This document shows, one piece after another, positions 7,903 to 16,396 of a DNA stretch of 32,000 bases. The position numbers were made by a program, and so were the translations under genes. Source of the stretch: Pseudodesulfovibrio mercurii (GTDB taxonomy: Bacteria > Desulfobacterota > Desulfovibrionia > Desulfovibrionales > Desulfovibrionaceae). The stretch spans positions 1,260,001 through 1,292,000 of the forward strand of contig NC_016803.1 in assembly GCF_000189295.2 (NCBI RefSeq). The letters are read 5' to 3'. The stretch's first letter is position 1. Each line of letters opens with the position of its first letter. The notes beneath the pieces are model-generated. The model did not search any database and had not been told where the DNA came from. It saw only the letters and a program-made list of their open reading frames with translations.

Positions 7903-8688
7903 GTGGGCCGAACCCTGGTCCTCGGCCTGGCCGCGGGCTACCACTACGGCGACGTTCGCCCGTTTCTCGCCTCCCTGGACAGGGCGGCGTATGCGGGCGA
8001 TCTCGTTTTATTCGTCTCGGAAACCACCCGCGACCTCGAGCGGTTGCGCGCCCACGGGGCGGAGCTCCTGCCCATGGTCCGGCGGCCGGGCCTTGAGGAC
8101 GTGCCGTGCAACGCCCTGCGCTACTTCCTGTACCTGGATTTCCTGAAGGGGGCCGACGTCCGCTGGGAGCGCATCCTGATCAGCGACGTGCGCGATGTGG
8201 TCTTCCAGCGCGATCCCTTCACCTTCGCCTGGCCGGACGGCCTGTGCTGCACCCTGGAGGACCCCTCGGCCACCGTGGGGTCCTGCCCGTTCAACGGCCG
8301 CTGGGTGCGTGAACACCTGGGCGCGGAGGCCCTGAACCGCATCGCGGACCGGCCCGTGTCCTGCTCCGGGACCACCGTGGCCGACCACGCCGCCATGGTC
8401 GCCTACCTGGAGCGGATGACCGGACGGCTCCTGCCCCCGTCCACGGGCGAGTGCATGGCCGGGTACGACCAGGGCGTGCACAACTACCTGATCCACACCG
8501 GGGCGTTGGGCGACCCGACCCTGTTCGACAACACGGGCCCGATCCTGACCCTGGCCCAGACCCGCGGCGAACCCGAGGTCAACGGGCGCGGCGAAGTCCT
8601 GAACCGGGCCGGACGCGTGGCCCACCTGATCCACCAATACGACCGCAAGCCGTCGCTCTTCAGGATGATCCGGGAACGGTTCGCCTGA
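7903..8688 (+). CDS. Conserved-looking hypothetical protein, 261 aa. Possibly a GT-A-like nucleotide-sugar transferase fold (speculative).
   Basis: The ORF is open in this frame. The only plausible start after the helicase stop is the GTG at 7903. The protein begins with a beta-strand-like LVLGLAAGYHYGD and contains an acidic motif, ISDVRDVVFQRDPF. I recognise no named family with confidence. Confidence 0.55.
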   Translation: MGRTLVLGLAAGYHYGDVRPFLASLDRAAYAGDLVLFVSETTRDLERLRAHGAELLPMVRRPGLEDVPCNALRYFLYLDFLKGADVRWERILISDVRDVVFQRDPFTFAWPDGLCCTLEDPSATVGSCPFNGRWVREHLGAEALNRIADRPVSCSGTTVADHAAMVAYLERMTGRLLPPSTGECMAGYDQGVHNYLIHTGALGDPTLFDNTGPILTLAQTRGEPEVNGRGEVLNRAGRVAHLIHQYDRKPSLFRMIRERFA

Positions 8689-8700
8689 TCCGGCGGCCGT

Positions 8701-9741
8701 CTACTCGTCGAAGACGTCCTCGCCCGCGTTGGCCCTGATCTCGCGCATGGTCTCGAGGTTGTCGAGGAAGAGATCCGCAAGGTGGGCGTCGAAGTGGCGC
8801 CCCCGCTCCTCGCGGATATAGTCGCACGCCCTGTCGTCGGGCCAGGCCTCCTTGTAGGGCCGCCTGGAGGTCAGGGCGTCGAACACGTCGGCCAGGGCCA
8901 CGATGCGCCCCTCAAGCGGGATGGCCTCCCCGGCCAACCCCAGGGGATAGCCCGAGCCGTCCCACCGCTCGTGGTGGGTCAGGGCGATGCGCCGGGCCAT
9001 GACCATGAGCCGGTTGTCGTGCTCGCCGATGATCTTGGCCCCGATGGTGGTGTGGGTCTTCATGATCTCCCACTCGTCCGGGTCGAGCCTGGCGGGCTTG
9101 GTCAGGATATGGTCCGGAATGCCGATCTTGCCCACGTCGTGCATGGGGGCCGCGCTGTGGATGAGGTCGGCGGCGCCCTCGTCCAGCCCGGCGGCCAGGG
9201 CCAGGGCCCGGCAGCAGCCGCTCATGCGCACGATGTGCAGGCCGGTCTCGTTGTCCTTGTACTCGGCGGCCACGCTGAGCCTGCGGATGATCTGCATGCG
9301 GGTGCGGTAGAGGTCGCGCGAGCGCTCGGTGACCTGACGCTCCAGGGCCAGGTTCTGGTTGTGCAGGGCCAGGTGGGTGCGCACGCGGGCCAGAACCACG
9401 GCCGGGCTGATGGGCTTGGCGATGTAGTCCACGCCGCCCGCCTCGAACCCCCTGGTCTGGTCCTCCTCCTGGTCGCGGGCCGTGACGAAGATCACCGGAA
9501 TGTTCCGGGAACGCAGGTCCGCCTTGATCTCCCGGCAGACCGTGTAACCGTCCATGTGGGGCAGCATCACGTCCAGGAGCACGATATCCGGCGGGGTCGC
9601 CGAATGCACTATTTCCAGGGCCTCCCGGCCGTTGAGCGCGGCCAGGACGCGATATTCGTCCTTCAAGGTCTCCACGAGCAGATCGAGGTTGGTCGGGATA
9701 TCGTCCACGACCAGTACGGTCTGCTTTTCCCTGTCTCCCAT
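8701..9741 (-). CDS. Response regulator with an HD-GYP domain (RpfG-type c-di-GMP phosphodiesterase), 346 aa
   Basis: The REC domain shows VLVVDDIPTN...LLDVMLPHMDG...KP. The HD-GYP motifs HDVGKIGIPD and HHERWDGSGYP are present. I chose the start at MGDREKQ (ATG at 9741); the 80 codons upstream lie in AT-rich promoter DNA. Confidence 0.9.
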   Translation of the reverse strand: MGDREKQTVLVVDDIPTNLDLLVETLKDEYRVLAALNGREALEIVHSATPPDIVLLDVMLPHMDGYTVCREIKADLRSRNIPVIFVTARDQEEDQTRGFEAGGVDYIAKPISPAVVLARVRTHLALHNQNLALERQVTERSRDLYRTRMQIIRRLSVAAEYKDNETGLHIVRMSGCCRALALAAGLDEGAADLIHSAAPMHDVGKIGIPDHILTKPARLDPDEWEIMKTHTTIGAKIIGEHDNRLMVMARRIALTHHERWDGSGYPLGLAGEAIPLEGRIVALADVFDALTSRRPYKEAWPDDRACDYIREERGRHFDAHLADLFLDNLETMREIRANAGEDVFDE

Positions 9742-9808
9742 GCGGGCTCCCTGTCTCTTCTCCGACTCTGTCTGTCTGAAATCTTCCTCACCGGAGGAAC
9801 CGCAGGCA

Positions 9809-9818
9809 ATTATAATCG
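9809..9818 (-). promoter_or_regulatory. Candidate -10 region (TATAAT on the - strand) for the HD-GYP regulator gene. Left arm of a 10-bp inverted repeat.
   Basis: ATTATAATCG at 9809-9818 is the exact reverse complement of CGATTATAAT at 9909-9918. It lies about 68 nt upstream of the - strand start codon. Confidence 0.35.
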
Positions 9819-9908
9819 TTTTATTGTTCCCGGACCGTTTCCCGGCCCCTGCGTGGCGGACAAGTCCCGGGGGAATCAACGGGATGTGCGAATGAACCGA
9901 AAAAAAAT

Positions 9909-9918
9909 CGATTATAAT
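9909..9918 (+). promoter_or_regulatory. Candidate -10 region (TATAAT at 9913-9918) for the hybrid kinase gene. Right arm of the inverted repeat.
   Basis: A perfect TATAAT lies 75 nt upstream of the ATG at 9993. I did not see a convincing -35 hexamer. Confidence 0.35.
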
Positions 9919-9992
9919 ACAACGCGCACACTCTTTATGGATATATATACTCAAACCGATGAACCGGGACGAAAGCGCCACTTGAGAAGTCC

Positions 9993-12900
9993 ATGAAGCA
10001 TTACTCCGACATTTCTCTGGCTGTCCGCAGCTTTCTGGGGACCGTCCTGTTCCTGACCGGGCTCGCCGCCCTGGGCCTCTACTTTCTCTACGACCGGGAG
10101 GCCACGTCCATCACGGATTCCCTCAAGCTGAACGAATCCCTGCACAACCGGATGATCGCCCAAAGCGTCAACCTGGATCTCAAGACCCTGTTCATCGACC
10201 TCTACCTGGTGGCCAACTACGTGGAGACCAGGCACTTCCTGCAATACCGCACCGACCGGACGCGCCGCGACCTCGAGGCCGAACTCCTGTCCCTGTGCGC
10301 CATCACCGGGGCCTACGACCAGTTGCGCATCCTGGACAACGACGGCATGGAACTGGTCCGGGTCAACTACAACGGCGGCCATCCCGAGGCGGTCGCGCCC
10401 GACAGGCTCCAGAACAAGGCGGCCCGCTACTATTTCCAGGAATCGCTGCCCTTGGAGAACGGCGAGATCTACGTCTCCCCCTTTGACCTGAACATCGAGA
10501 ACAAGAAGATCGAGGTACCCCTGAAGCCGATGATCCGGGTCTCCACCCCCATATACGACGACACCGGGCGCCGCATCGGCATCGCCATCCTCAACTACCT
10601 CGGCCAGAGGATCATCGACCGCCTGAACGACGACAAGACGACCCAGGACAGCGTGACCATGCTCCTCAACGAGGACGGCTACTGGCTCGCCTCGCCCTAC
10701 CCTGAGCGCAACTGGGCCTTCATGTTCAAGGGCCGCGAGGACCTGCGCTTCAGTCTGGAGCACCCCAGGGCCTGGGCCAGGATCCAGGCCATGGACCAGG
10801 GCCAGTTCACCACCCCGACGGGCATCTACACGACCAGCACCATCAGCGTCGCTCCCACGGCGGGCGCCACGGTCAAGGTGGCCAACGCCCAGAGCTGGAA
10901 GGTGGTCTGCATGACCTCCACGGCCGTGATCCGGGCCCACGTGGACCCCGTGCGCGGCCATTACCTGGCCATCTTAGGAGGCATCTTCCTGATGTCGGCC
11001 CTGATCGGGCTGACCCGGGCCCGGTTCATCGCCGCCAGGGAGCGCAACGGCCGTGAACTCGAAACCGCCCGGCGGGCGGCCGAAGAGGCCAACCGGGCCA
11101 AGAGCGATTTCCTGGCGCGCATGAGCCACGAGATCCGTACACCGATGAACGCCATCATCGGCCTGACCCACCTGGCGCTCAAGACCCAACTGACCGCCAA
11201 GCAGGCGGACTACCTGGCCAAAGTATCCCTGTCGGCCAATTCCCTGCTCGGAATCATCAACGACATACTGGACTTCTCCAAGATCGAGGCGGGCAGGCTG
11301 ACCGTGGACGAGGCGGACTTCCTCCTGGACGACGTGCTCAACAACATCATCAACATGCTCGGGTTGTCCGCGGAACAGAAGGGCATCGAATTTCTGCTCC
11401 TGGTCCGCAGCACGGTGCCCAACCGGGTCCGGGGCGACGCCCTCAGGCTGGGCCAGGTCCTGCTCAACCTGACCAACAACGCCATCAAGTTCACCGAAAA
11501 GGGCGAGGTCATCCTGCAGGCCGACCTCCTGGAGCAGGACGGGACCACGGCGGTCATCCGCTTCAGCGTCCGGGACACGGGCATCGGCATCGGTCCGGAG
11601 CACCTGGACCAGCTGTTCCAGCCCTTCAGCCAGGCCGACGGCTCCATCACCCGCCAGTTCGGCGGGACCGGCCTCGGCCTGTCCATCTCCAAGAGGCTGG
11701 TGAAGATGATGGGCGGCGACATGGCCGTGGTCAGCGAGCCGGGCAAGGGCAGCGAGTTCTCCTTCACCCTCCCCCTGAAGCTCCAGCCCGACCACGCCAA
11801 CGACACCTTCGAATATCCGACCGAAATCCGAGGGCTGCCCGTGCTGGTGGTCGACGACAGCAGGATGTCCCGCATGGTGCTGTGCAAGATGCTCGAATCC
11901 TTCACTTTCAAGGTGACCGAGGCGAGCTGCGCAACCGACGCCCTGAAGCTGCTCGAAGCGCGGGACGCGGACGATCCCTTCAAGCTGGTCATCACGGACT
12001 GGAACATGCCGGACATCGACGGCATCCAGCTGGCCCTGCGCATCCGCACGGCCGCGAACATCCGGCGCAAGCCCAGGATCATCATGCTCACGGCCTACGG
12101 CCAGGAGTCCATCCGACGCCGGGCCGAGGAGATCGGCCTGGACGGGTACATGCTCAAGCCCTTCAACCGCTCCATCCTGTTCGACACGGTCATGGACGCC
12201 CTGAGCGGCGGCATTGAGAGCCGGGCCAGGCTGACCCCGCGCGCGGACCCGTCCGGGGTGCCGCAAAACCTGCGCGGGGCGCACGTCCTCCTGGCCGAGG
12301 ACAACGAGATCAACCAGCAGGTGGCCCGCGAGATTCTGGAGGGCGCGGACATCCGCGTATCCATCGCGGACAACGGACGGAAGGCCATGGAGATGGCCCT
12401 GGCCGGGGACTTCGACGCCGTGCTCATGGACATCCAGATGCCGGTCATGGACGGATTCAAGGCGGTCAGGGGTATCCGCGCGGGGGGCAAGACCGCCCTG
12501 CCGATCATCGCCATGACCGCCCACGCCCTGGTGGGCGACCGGGAAAAGAGCCTCGAGGCGGGCATGAACGACCACGTGACCAAGCCCATCGACCCCGACG
12601 AGTTGATGAGGACCCTGTCCCACTGGCTGCCGGACGGCGACGGCAAGGCGGCGTCTCGGCCCAAGGCCGCGCCCCGGCCCGCCCTCCATCCCGCCGAGGA
12701 CGAGGCCATGCCTCGCCTGCCCGGCGTGGACACGGACCAGGCCCTGGCCCGGCTGCGCGGCAACGACAGGCTCTACCGCAAGCTGCTCAGGGACTTCGCC
12801 CAGGACGGCGACCTGCTCCTCCGAAAGCTCTCGGCCGACGCCGACGACGAACGGTTCGAGGCCTGCCGGGCCGTGGCCCACAACCTCAAGGGCGTGGCGG

Positions 12901-13349
12901 CCAACATCGGAGCCGAGCGCATGCGCGAAGCCCTGGCCCGGCTCGAACAGGCCCTGCTCGGTGGCCAGGGGGACCTGCACACCCGCCTGAACGAGGCCGT
13001 GGGCGAGTCCCGCCGGGTCATCGCCGGCATCAACGAGGCGTTCCCGTCCGAAAAGGAAGCCGAGACCGGGGACAACGACCGGGAGCTGGTGCGGGAGGAG
13101 GAGATTCGGGATATGCTCCCCGAACTGGACGCCCTGCTCGAACTGCTCCAGCGCCACGATATCGACGCCCGGAAGCAGTTCCGCGCCCTGCGCGGGCGGC
13201 TGTGGGAAAACGCTCCGGCCTACGCCGGGGAACTGGCCCGGCTCATCGAGCAGTTCGACTTCACCACCGCGGCCGGAACCCTTCGCGAGCTGGAGGATCA
13301 GTGCCGGAGCGGCGGGGGCACGGCCCCGGATTCCGACCCCGACGCCTGA
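9993..13349 (+). CDS. Hybrid sensor histidine kinase: TM, periplasmic Cache-like sensor, TM, HisKA, HATPase, REC, REC, HPt; 1118 aa
   Basis: H-box: SHEIRTPMNAIIG. N/G boxes: LTNNAIKFT, DTGIGI and GGTGLGLSI. Two receiver domains: VLVVDDSRM...TDWNMPDIDG...KP and VLLAEDNEINQ...DIQMPVMDG...KP. HPt motif: AHNLKGVAANIG. Confidence 0.95.
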   Translation: MKHYSDISLAVRSFLGTVLFLTGLAALGLYFLYDREATSITDSLKLNESLHNRMIAQSVNLDLKTLFIDLYLVANYVETRHFLQYRTDRTRRDLEAELLSLCAITGAYDQLRILDNDGMELVRVNYNGGHPEAVAPDRLQNKAARYYFQESLPLENGEIYVSPFDLNIENKKIEVPLKPMIRVSTPIYDDTGRRIGIAILNYLGQRIIDRLNDDKTTQDSVTMLLNEDGYWLASPYPERNWAFMFKGREDLRFSLEHPRAWARIQAMDQGQFTTPTGIYTTSTISVAPTAGATVKVANAQSWKVVCMTSTAVIRAHVDPVRGHYLAILGGIFLMSALIGLTRARFIAARERNGRELETARRAAEEANRAKSDFLARMSHEIRTPMNAIIGLTHLALKTQLTAKQADYLAKVSLSANSLLGIINDILDFSKIEAGRLTVDEADFLLDDVLNNIINMLGLSAEQKGIEFLLLVRSTVPNRVRGDALRLGQVLLNLTNNAIKFTEKGEVILQADLLEQDGTTAVIRFSVRDTGIGIGPEHLDQLFQPFSQADGSITRQFGGTGLGLSISKRLVKMMGGDMAVVSEPGKGSEFSFTLPLKLQPDHANDTFEYPTEIRGLPVLVVDDSRMSRMVLCKMLESFTFKVTEASCATDALKLLEARDADDPFKLVITDWNMPDIDGIQLALRIRTAANIRRKPRIIMLTAYGQESIRRRAEEIGLDGYMLKPFNRSILFDTVMDALSGGIESRARLTPRADPSGVPQNLRGAHVLLAEDNEINQQVAREILEGADIRVSIADNGRKAMEMALAGDFDAVLMDIQMPVMDGFKAVRGIRAGGKTALPIIAMTAHALVGDREKSLEAGMNDHVTKPIDPDELMRTLSHWLPDGDGKAASRPKAAPRPALHPAEDEAMPRLPGVDTDQALARLRGNDRLYRKLLRDFAQDGDLLLRKLSADADDERFEACRAVAHNLKGVAANIGAERMREALARLEQALLGGQGDLHTRLNEAVGESRRVIAGINEAFPSEKEAETGDNDRELVREEEIRDMLPELDALLELLQRHDIDARKQFRALRGRLWENAPAYAGELARLIEQFDFTTAAGTLRELEDQCRSGGGTAPDSDPDA

Positions 13350-13356
13350 TTCCGGC

Positions 13357-14256
13357 TCAGGCCGAACGCACGGCCCAGACGTGAAACTCGGCCTTCTCCT
13401 TGAAACCCACGCCCACCGCGCCCTTGTGCAGGTAGCAGCAGAACGACCAGGTCGGGTCGTAGCCGCTGTCCGTGGCCGACCAGTAGGCCTCGCGCACGGC
13501 CTCGAAGGGATGGCCCTGGGGCAGGGCCGGGTCGGCCCGAGAACAGTCGGTCAGGGATTCCAGCTCCATGATGGCGGGCAGCCGCCAGGCCAGGCCCGTC
13601 TCCCCGGCCAGCGCAGCCACCGCATGCCGGGCCGCGTCGAAATCGACCATACCCCCGGCCAGATCCGTGTTCCGCCGCCAGATCAGCCCGGTCATGCGGT
13701 CCAGGACCTGGCCGCCGCGCGGCTCGAACCTCGGCTCGGGCCAGGCGCGGCCCAGGCGCAACGCCCCGTCCTGGCCGGTCCCGGCGCAGTCCACGGGACG
13801 GCCGTTCACGTCGAAGCAGCCGGTCTGGCCAGTGGCCCACAGGGTCCCGGAAATACCGCGCACGGGCCAGACCACGGCGTCGTCCGCCTTCCGGCCGAAG
13901 AACATGCGCCCGCCGCTGAACTGGACCCACCAGGCATAGGCGTGGTCGCGGGCCGAGGTGGTGGCGGTCCAGCACTTGCCCGCCCAGACGTGCTCGAAGG
14001 GGTGGCCAGACGGCAGGGCGGGTTCGCGCTCGGCGTGATCCACCAGGGAATACAGCTCCCGGCGGTTGGGCAGCCGCCAGTCGAAAAACCCGAAGCGCTT
14101 GTCGCGGTTCATGGCCGCCACGAAGTCGAAGGCCTCGGGCCAGGACAGCCCGGTCTCGGCGGGCTGGGCCAACCGGGGCCAGACCAGGCCGGTGGCGCGG
14201 TCCTCGACGACCTCGTCCCGGACCGCGAACCGGGGCGGATCGACGGGGCCGGTCAT
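13357..14256 (-). CDS. Tandem DUF1566 (Lcl C-terminal / lectin-like) domain protein without a signal peptide, 299 aa
   Basis: There are two repeats with the DUF1566 hallmarks: GLVW/GLIW, then WRLPNRRELYSL or WRLPAIMELESL, then ...PALP..HPF...YW. The linker is TGQTGCFDVNGRPVDCAGTGQDG. The ATG at 14256 overlaps the upstream gene's TGA (an ATGA overlap). Confidence 0.8.
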   Translation of the reverse strand: MTGPVDPPRFAVRDEVVEDRATGLVWPRLAQPAETGLSWPEAFDFVAAMNRDKRFGFFDWRLPNRRELYSLVDHAEREPALPSGHPFEHVWAGKCWTATTSARDHAYAWWVQFSGGRMFFGRKADDAVVWPVRGISGTLWATGQTGCFDVNGRPVDCAGTGQDGALRLGRAWPEPRFEPRGGQVLDRMTGLIWRRNTDLAGGMVDFDAARHAVAALAGETGLAWRLPAIMELESLTDCSRADPALPQGHPFEAVREAYWSATDSGYDPTWSFCCYLHKGAVGVGFKEKAEFHVWAVRSA

Positions 14257-15611
14257 CCCAGCATGTACCGCACGGCGTAGCCGAAGGACGGATAGGCCCA
14301 CGGCTGGGCCAGGAGGTCCTCGCGGGTCAGGTTGTAGCGGATGGCCAGGCCGAAGATGTTGGCCACCTCCTCGGCGTGGGCGCCCAGGTAGTGCGCCCCG
14401 AGGATGCGCCCGGTGGACCGCTCCACCAGTATCCGGTAGCCCGCGTGGGTCATGCCCAGCCGGGCATGTTCGGCCCACTTGGCCGCGTCGCCCTCGTAGA
14501 CCTTGAAGTCGTACCCCTGCTCACGGGCCTGCTCCTCCAGGAGCCCGGCGCAGGCCAGGACCGGATGGGTGAAGACCGCGCCCGCCGTGCCCCTGAGGTC
14601 GGACCGGGCCGAGCCCTCCTCCAGGATGTTGCGGACCACGGTGTCGGCCTGCAGGGCGGCCACCGGAGTCAGGGAGTGGCCCGGCTCCGCGCAATCCCCG
14701 GCGGCGTAGACCACGGGGTTGGTCGGGCTGCGCATGTACTCGTCCACCCGGATGCCGTGCGGGCCGCTGTCCACGCCCGCCTTGTCCAGGCCGAGGCCGT
14801 CCAGGTCGGGCACCCGGCCCGCCCCGGTCACGGCGGCCGCGGCCACGAACTCCATCTCCACGTCGTCCGGACCGTTGACGACGACGCGCACGCCGTCGTC
14901 AAAGGGCATCACCGCCTTGACCGGGTGATCGACGTGCACGGCAATGCCCTGGTCCTGCATGGCCCGGATCAGCTTGTGGCCCAGGTGCTCGTCGAATCCC
15001 CTGAGCACGCGCCCGCTGCGGTGCAGGATGGTCGCCCTGGCCCCGGCCGCGGCCGCGATGCAGGCGAATTCGAAGGAGATGAACCCGCCGCCGATGAAGA
15101 GCATGGATTCGGGCAGGGTCTCGAGGTCGAGGAACTGGTCGCTGGTCAGAAGCAGTTCCTCGCCGGGGATGCCCAGCGGGCGCGTCACGGCCCCGGCGGC
15201 CACGACGATGTGCCGGGCCGTGAGCGGGCCGAGGTCGTCCACCTCCACCGTGTCCGGGCCGGTGAACCGTGCCCGGCCGTGAAAGGTGGTGATGCCCCGG
15301 CCGTGGAAGGAGTCGAAGACCCTGCCGGCGATGGGATCGATGACCGAGTGCTTGTAGCGCATGAGCGCGGACCAGTCCACGCGCACGGTCCCGGCCACGC
15401 CGTGGGCGGCCATGTCGCGCACCCGGACGACCTCGTGGGCCATGTCGGCCAGGGTCTTCTTGGGCTCGCAGCCCCGCAGGGGGCAGACCCCGCCCCAGCC
15501 GTCCTTCTCCACCACGGCCACGTCCAGCCCGGCGTCGCCGAGCCTGCGGGCGACGATGCCGCCCGCCGGGCCGGAACCGATCACGATCACGTCGAATGTC
15601 TGTCGAGTCAC
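14253..15611 (-). CDS. Class-I pyridine-nucleotide-disulfide oxidoreductase (dihydrolipoamide dehydrogenase / glutathione reductase / MerA superfamily), about 452 aa
   Basis: FAD-binding motif: DVIVIGSGPAGG. Redox-active disulfide: GGVCPLRGCEPKK. NAD(P) fold: FIGGGFISFEFA. A dimerisation-domain-like C-terminus is present. I prefer the GTG at 15611, which has a GGAG 7 nt upstream, over the ATG at 15722 because the latter adds 37 non-homologous residues. Confidence 0.85.
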   Translation of the reverse strand: MTRQTFDVIVIGSGPAGGIVARRLGDAGLDVAVVEKDGWGGVCPLRGCEPKKTLADMAHEVVRVRDMAAHGVAGTVRVDWSALMRYKHSVIDPIAGRVFDSFHGRGITTFHGRARFTGPDTVEVDDLGPLTARHIVVAAGAVTRPLGIPGEELLLTSDQFLDLETLPESMLFIGGGFISFEFACIAAAAGARATILHRSGRVLRGFDEHLGHKLIRAMQDQGIAVHVDHPVKAVMPFDDGVRVVVNGPDDVEMEFVAAAAVTGAGRVPDLDGLGLDKAGVDSGPHGIRVDEYMRSPTNPVVYAAGDCAEPGHSLTPVAALQADTVVRNILEEGSARSDLRGTAGAVFTHPVLACAGLLEEQAREQGYDFKVYEGDAAKWAEHARLGMTHAGYRILVERSTGRILGAHYLGAHAEEVANIFGLAIRYNLTREDLLAQPWAYPSFGYAVRYMLG

Positions 15612-15710
15612 TATTCCGCTCCGGATTCCGTTCCAAATTGCGATTCGGGGAGACGACCGCCCGAGGCGGGCATCTTTCGTCCATCCTCGCACATTCGCCC
15701 GGAATGTAAA

Positions 15711-15744
15711 GGGCGGGACCACCCCGTGCGGAGCGGTCCCGCCC
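15711..15744 (-). terminator. Probable terminator after the SET gene. Stem GGGCGGGACC/GGTCCCGCCC, 14-nt loop, then UUUACAUU on the - strand RNA.
   Basis: A perfect 10-bp GC stem lies 30 nt downstream of the SET stop at 15774. The T-tract is only moderate. Confidence 0.5.
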
Positions 15745-15773
15745 CATGGCGAAAAGATCGAGCGGCGGCGGGA

Positions 15774-16385
15774 CTATGCGTCCGGGCCGCAGACCGGCTC
15801 GGCCAGCCACTTGAGGTTGCGTACCGACGAATAAGGGGCCTTCCCCGTCAGGAAGGCGTCCAGGCGGGCGCGCGGCGCGCCGGTCATCAGGGGCAGCAGG
15901 GGCTGCTCCACCAGGGGGATGCATGCCAGGCTCTCACGGATGCGCACGTCCCACTCGTCGCCGTACACGTCGATGTCGTCCAGGCGCAGGTGCTCGCGGC
16001 AATGCTCGCAGCCGCAGCAGATGGCATAGGGCTCCTGGATGTTGAGCAGCCCGTACTCGGTGGTCAGCTCCTCCCCGGCCGCGATGTCGCGGACCGCGAT
16101 CTCCAGGTCGTAGTCGGTCATCATGGTGCTCGGCAGGCAGTTGTGGTTCATGTACCGGGCGTGGTCCCAGCTGAGGACCAGGTTGCCGCACTTGTCGTGG
16201 TACATGTAGGTCTCCATGGCCGCGCGCTGGGGCTCGGGCAGGGCAAGAAAGGCCTCCGGGCTCATGGTCATGTCGAAGCGGTCGCGCACGACCACGATGG
16301 TCCCCCGGGGGATGGGCCGGGTGGCATACACGCCCACGCCGATGGCCGGGTCCCCGGACAGGACCCTGGTATGGGGATGGATCAC
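15774..16385 (-). CDS. SET-domain protein (putative lysine/peptide methyltransferase), 203 aa
   Basis: All SET signatures are present: N-SET-like GVGVYATRPIPRGTIV, RYMNHNCLPS (NHxC), GEELTTEYG (ELxxxY), and a post-SET-like Cys cluster, CCGCEHC. The GTG start at 16385 has a GAGGA 6 nt upstream and lies 11 nt after the upstream gene's stop. Confidence 0.8.
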   Translation of the reverse strand: MIHPHTRVLSGDPAIGVGVYATRPIPRGTIVVVRDRFDMTMSPEAFLALPEPQRAAMETYMYHDKCGNLVLSWDHARYMNHNCLPSTMMTDYDLEIAVRDIAAGEELTTEYGLLNIQEPYAICCGCEHCREHLRLDDIDVYGDEWDVRIRESLACIPLVEQPLLPLMTGAPRARLDAFLTGKAPYSSVRNLKWLAEPVCGPDA

Positions 16386-16396
16386 TTGCGTCCTCG

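Noticed and set aside
9951-13157. The - strand ORFs 9951..10961 and 10974..13157 (727 aa)
   Set aside because: They are antisense to the hybrid histidine kinase, have no recognisable domains, and show typical GC-shadow composition.
15612-15722. ATG at 15722 as the start of the disulfide reductase
   Set aside because: It adds 37 residues with no similarity to the family, whose FAD fold starts immediately at the N-terminus. The GTG at 15611 has a properly spaced GGAG.
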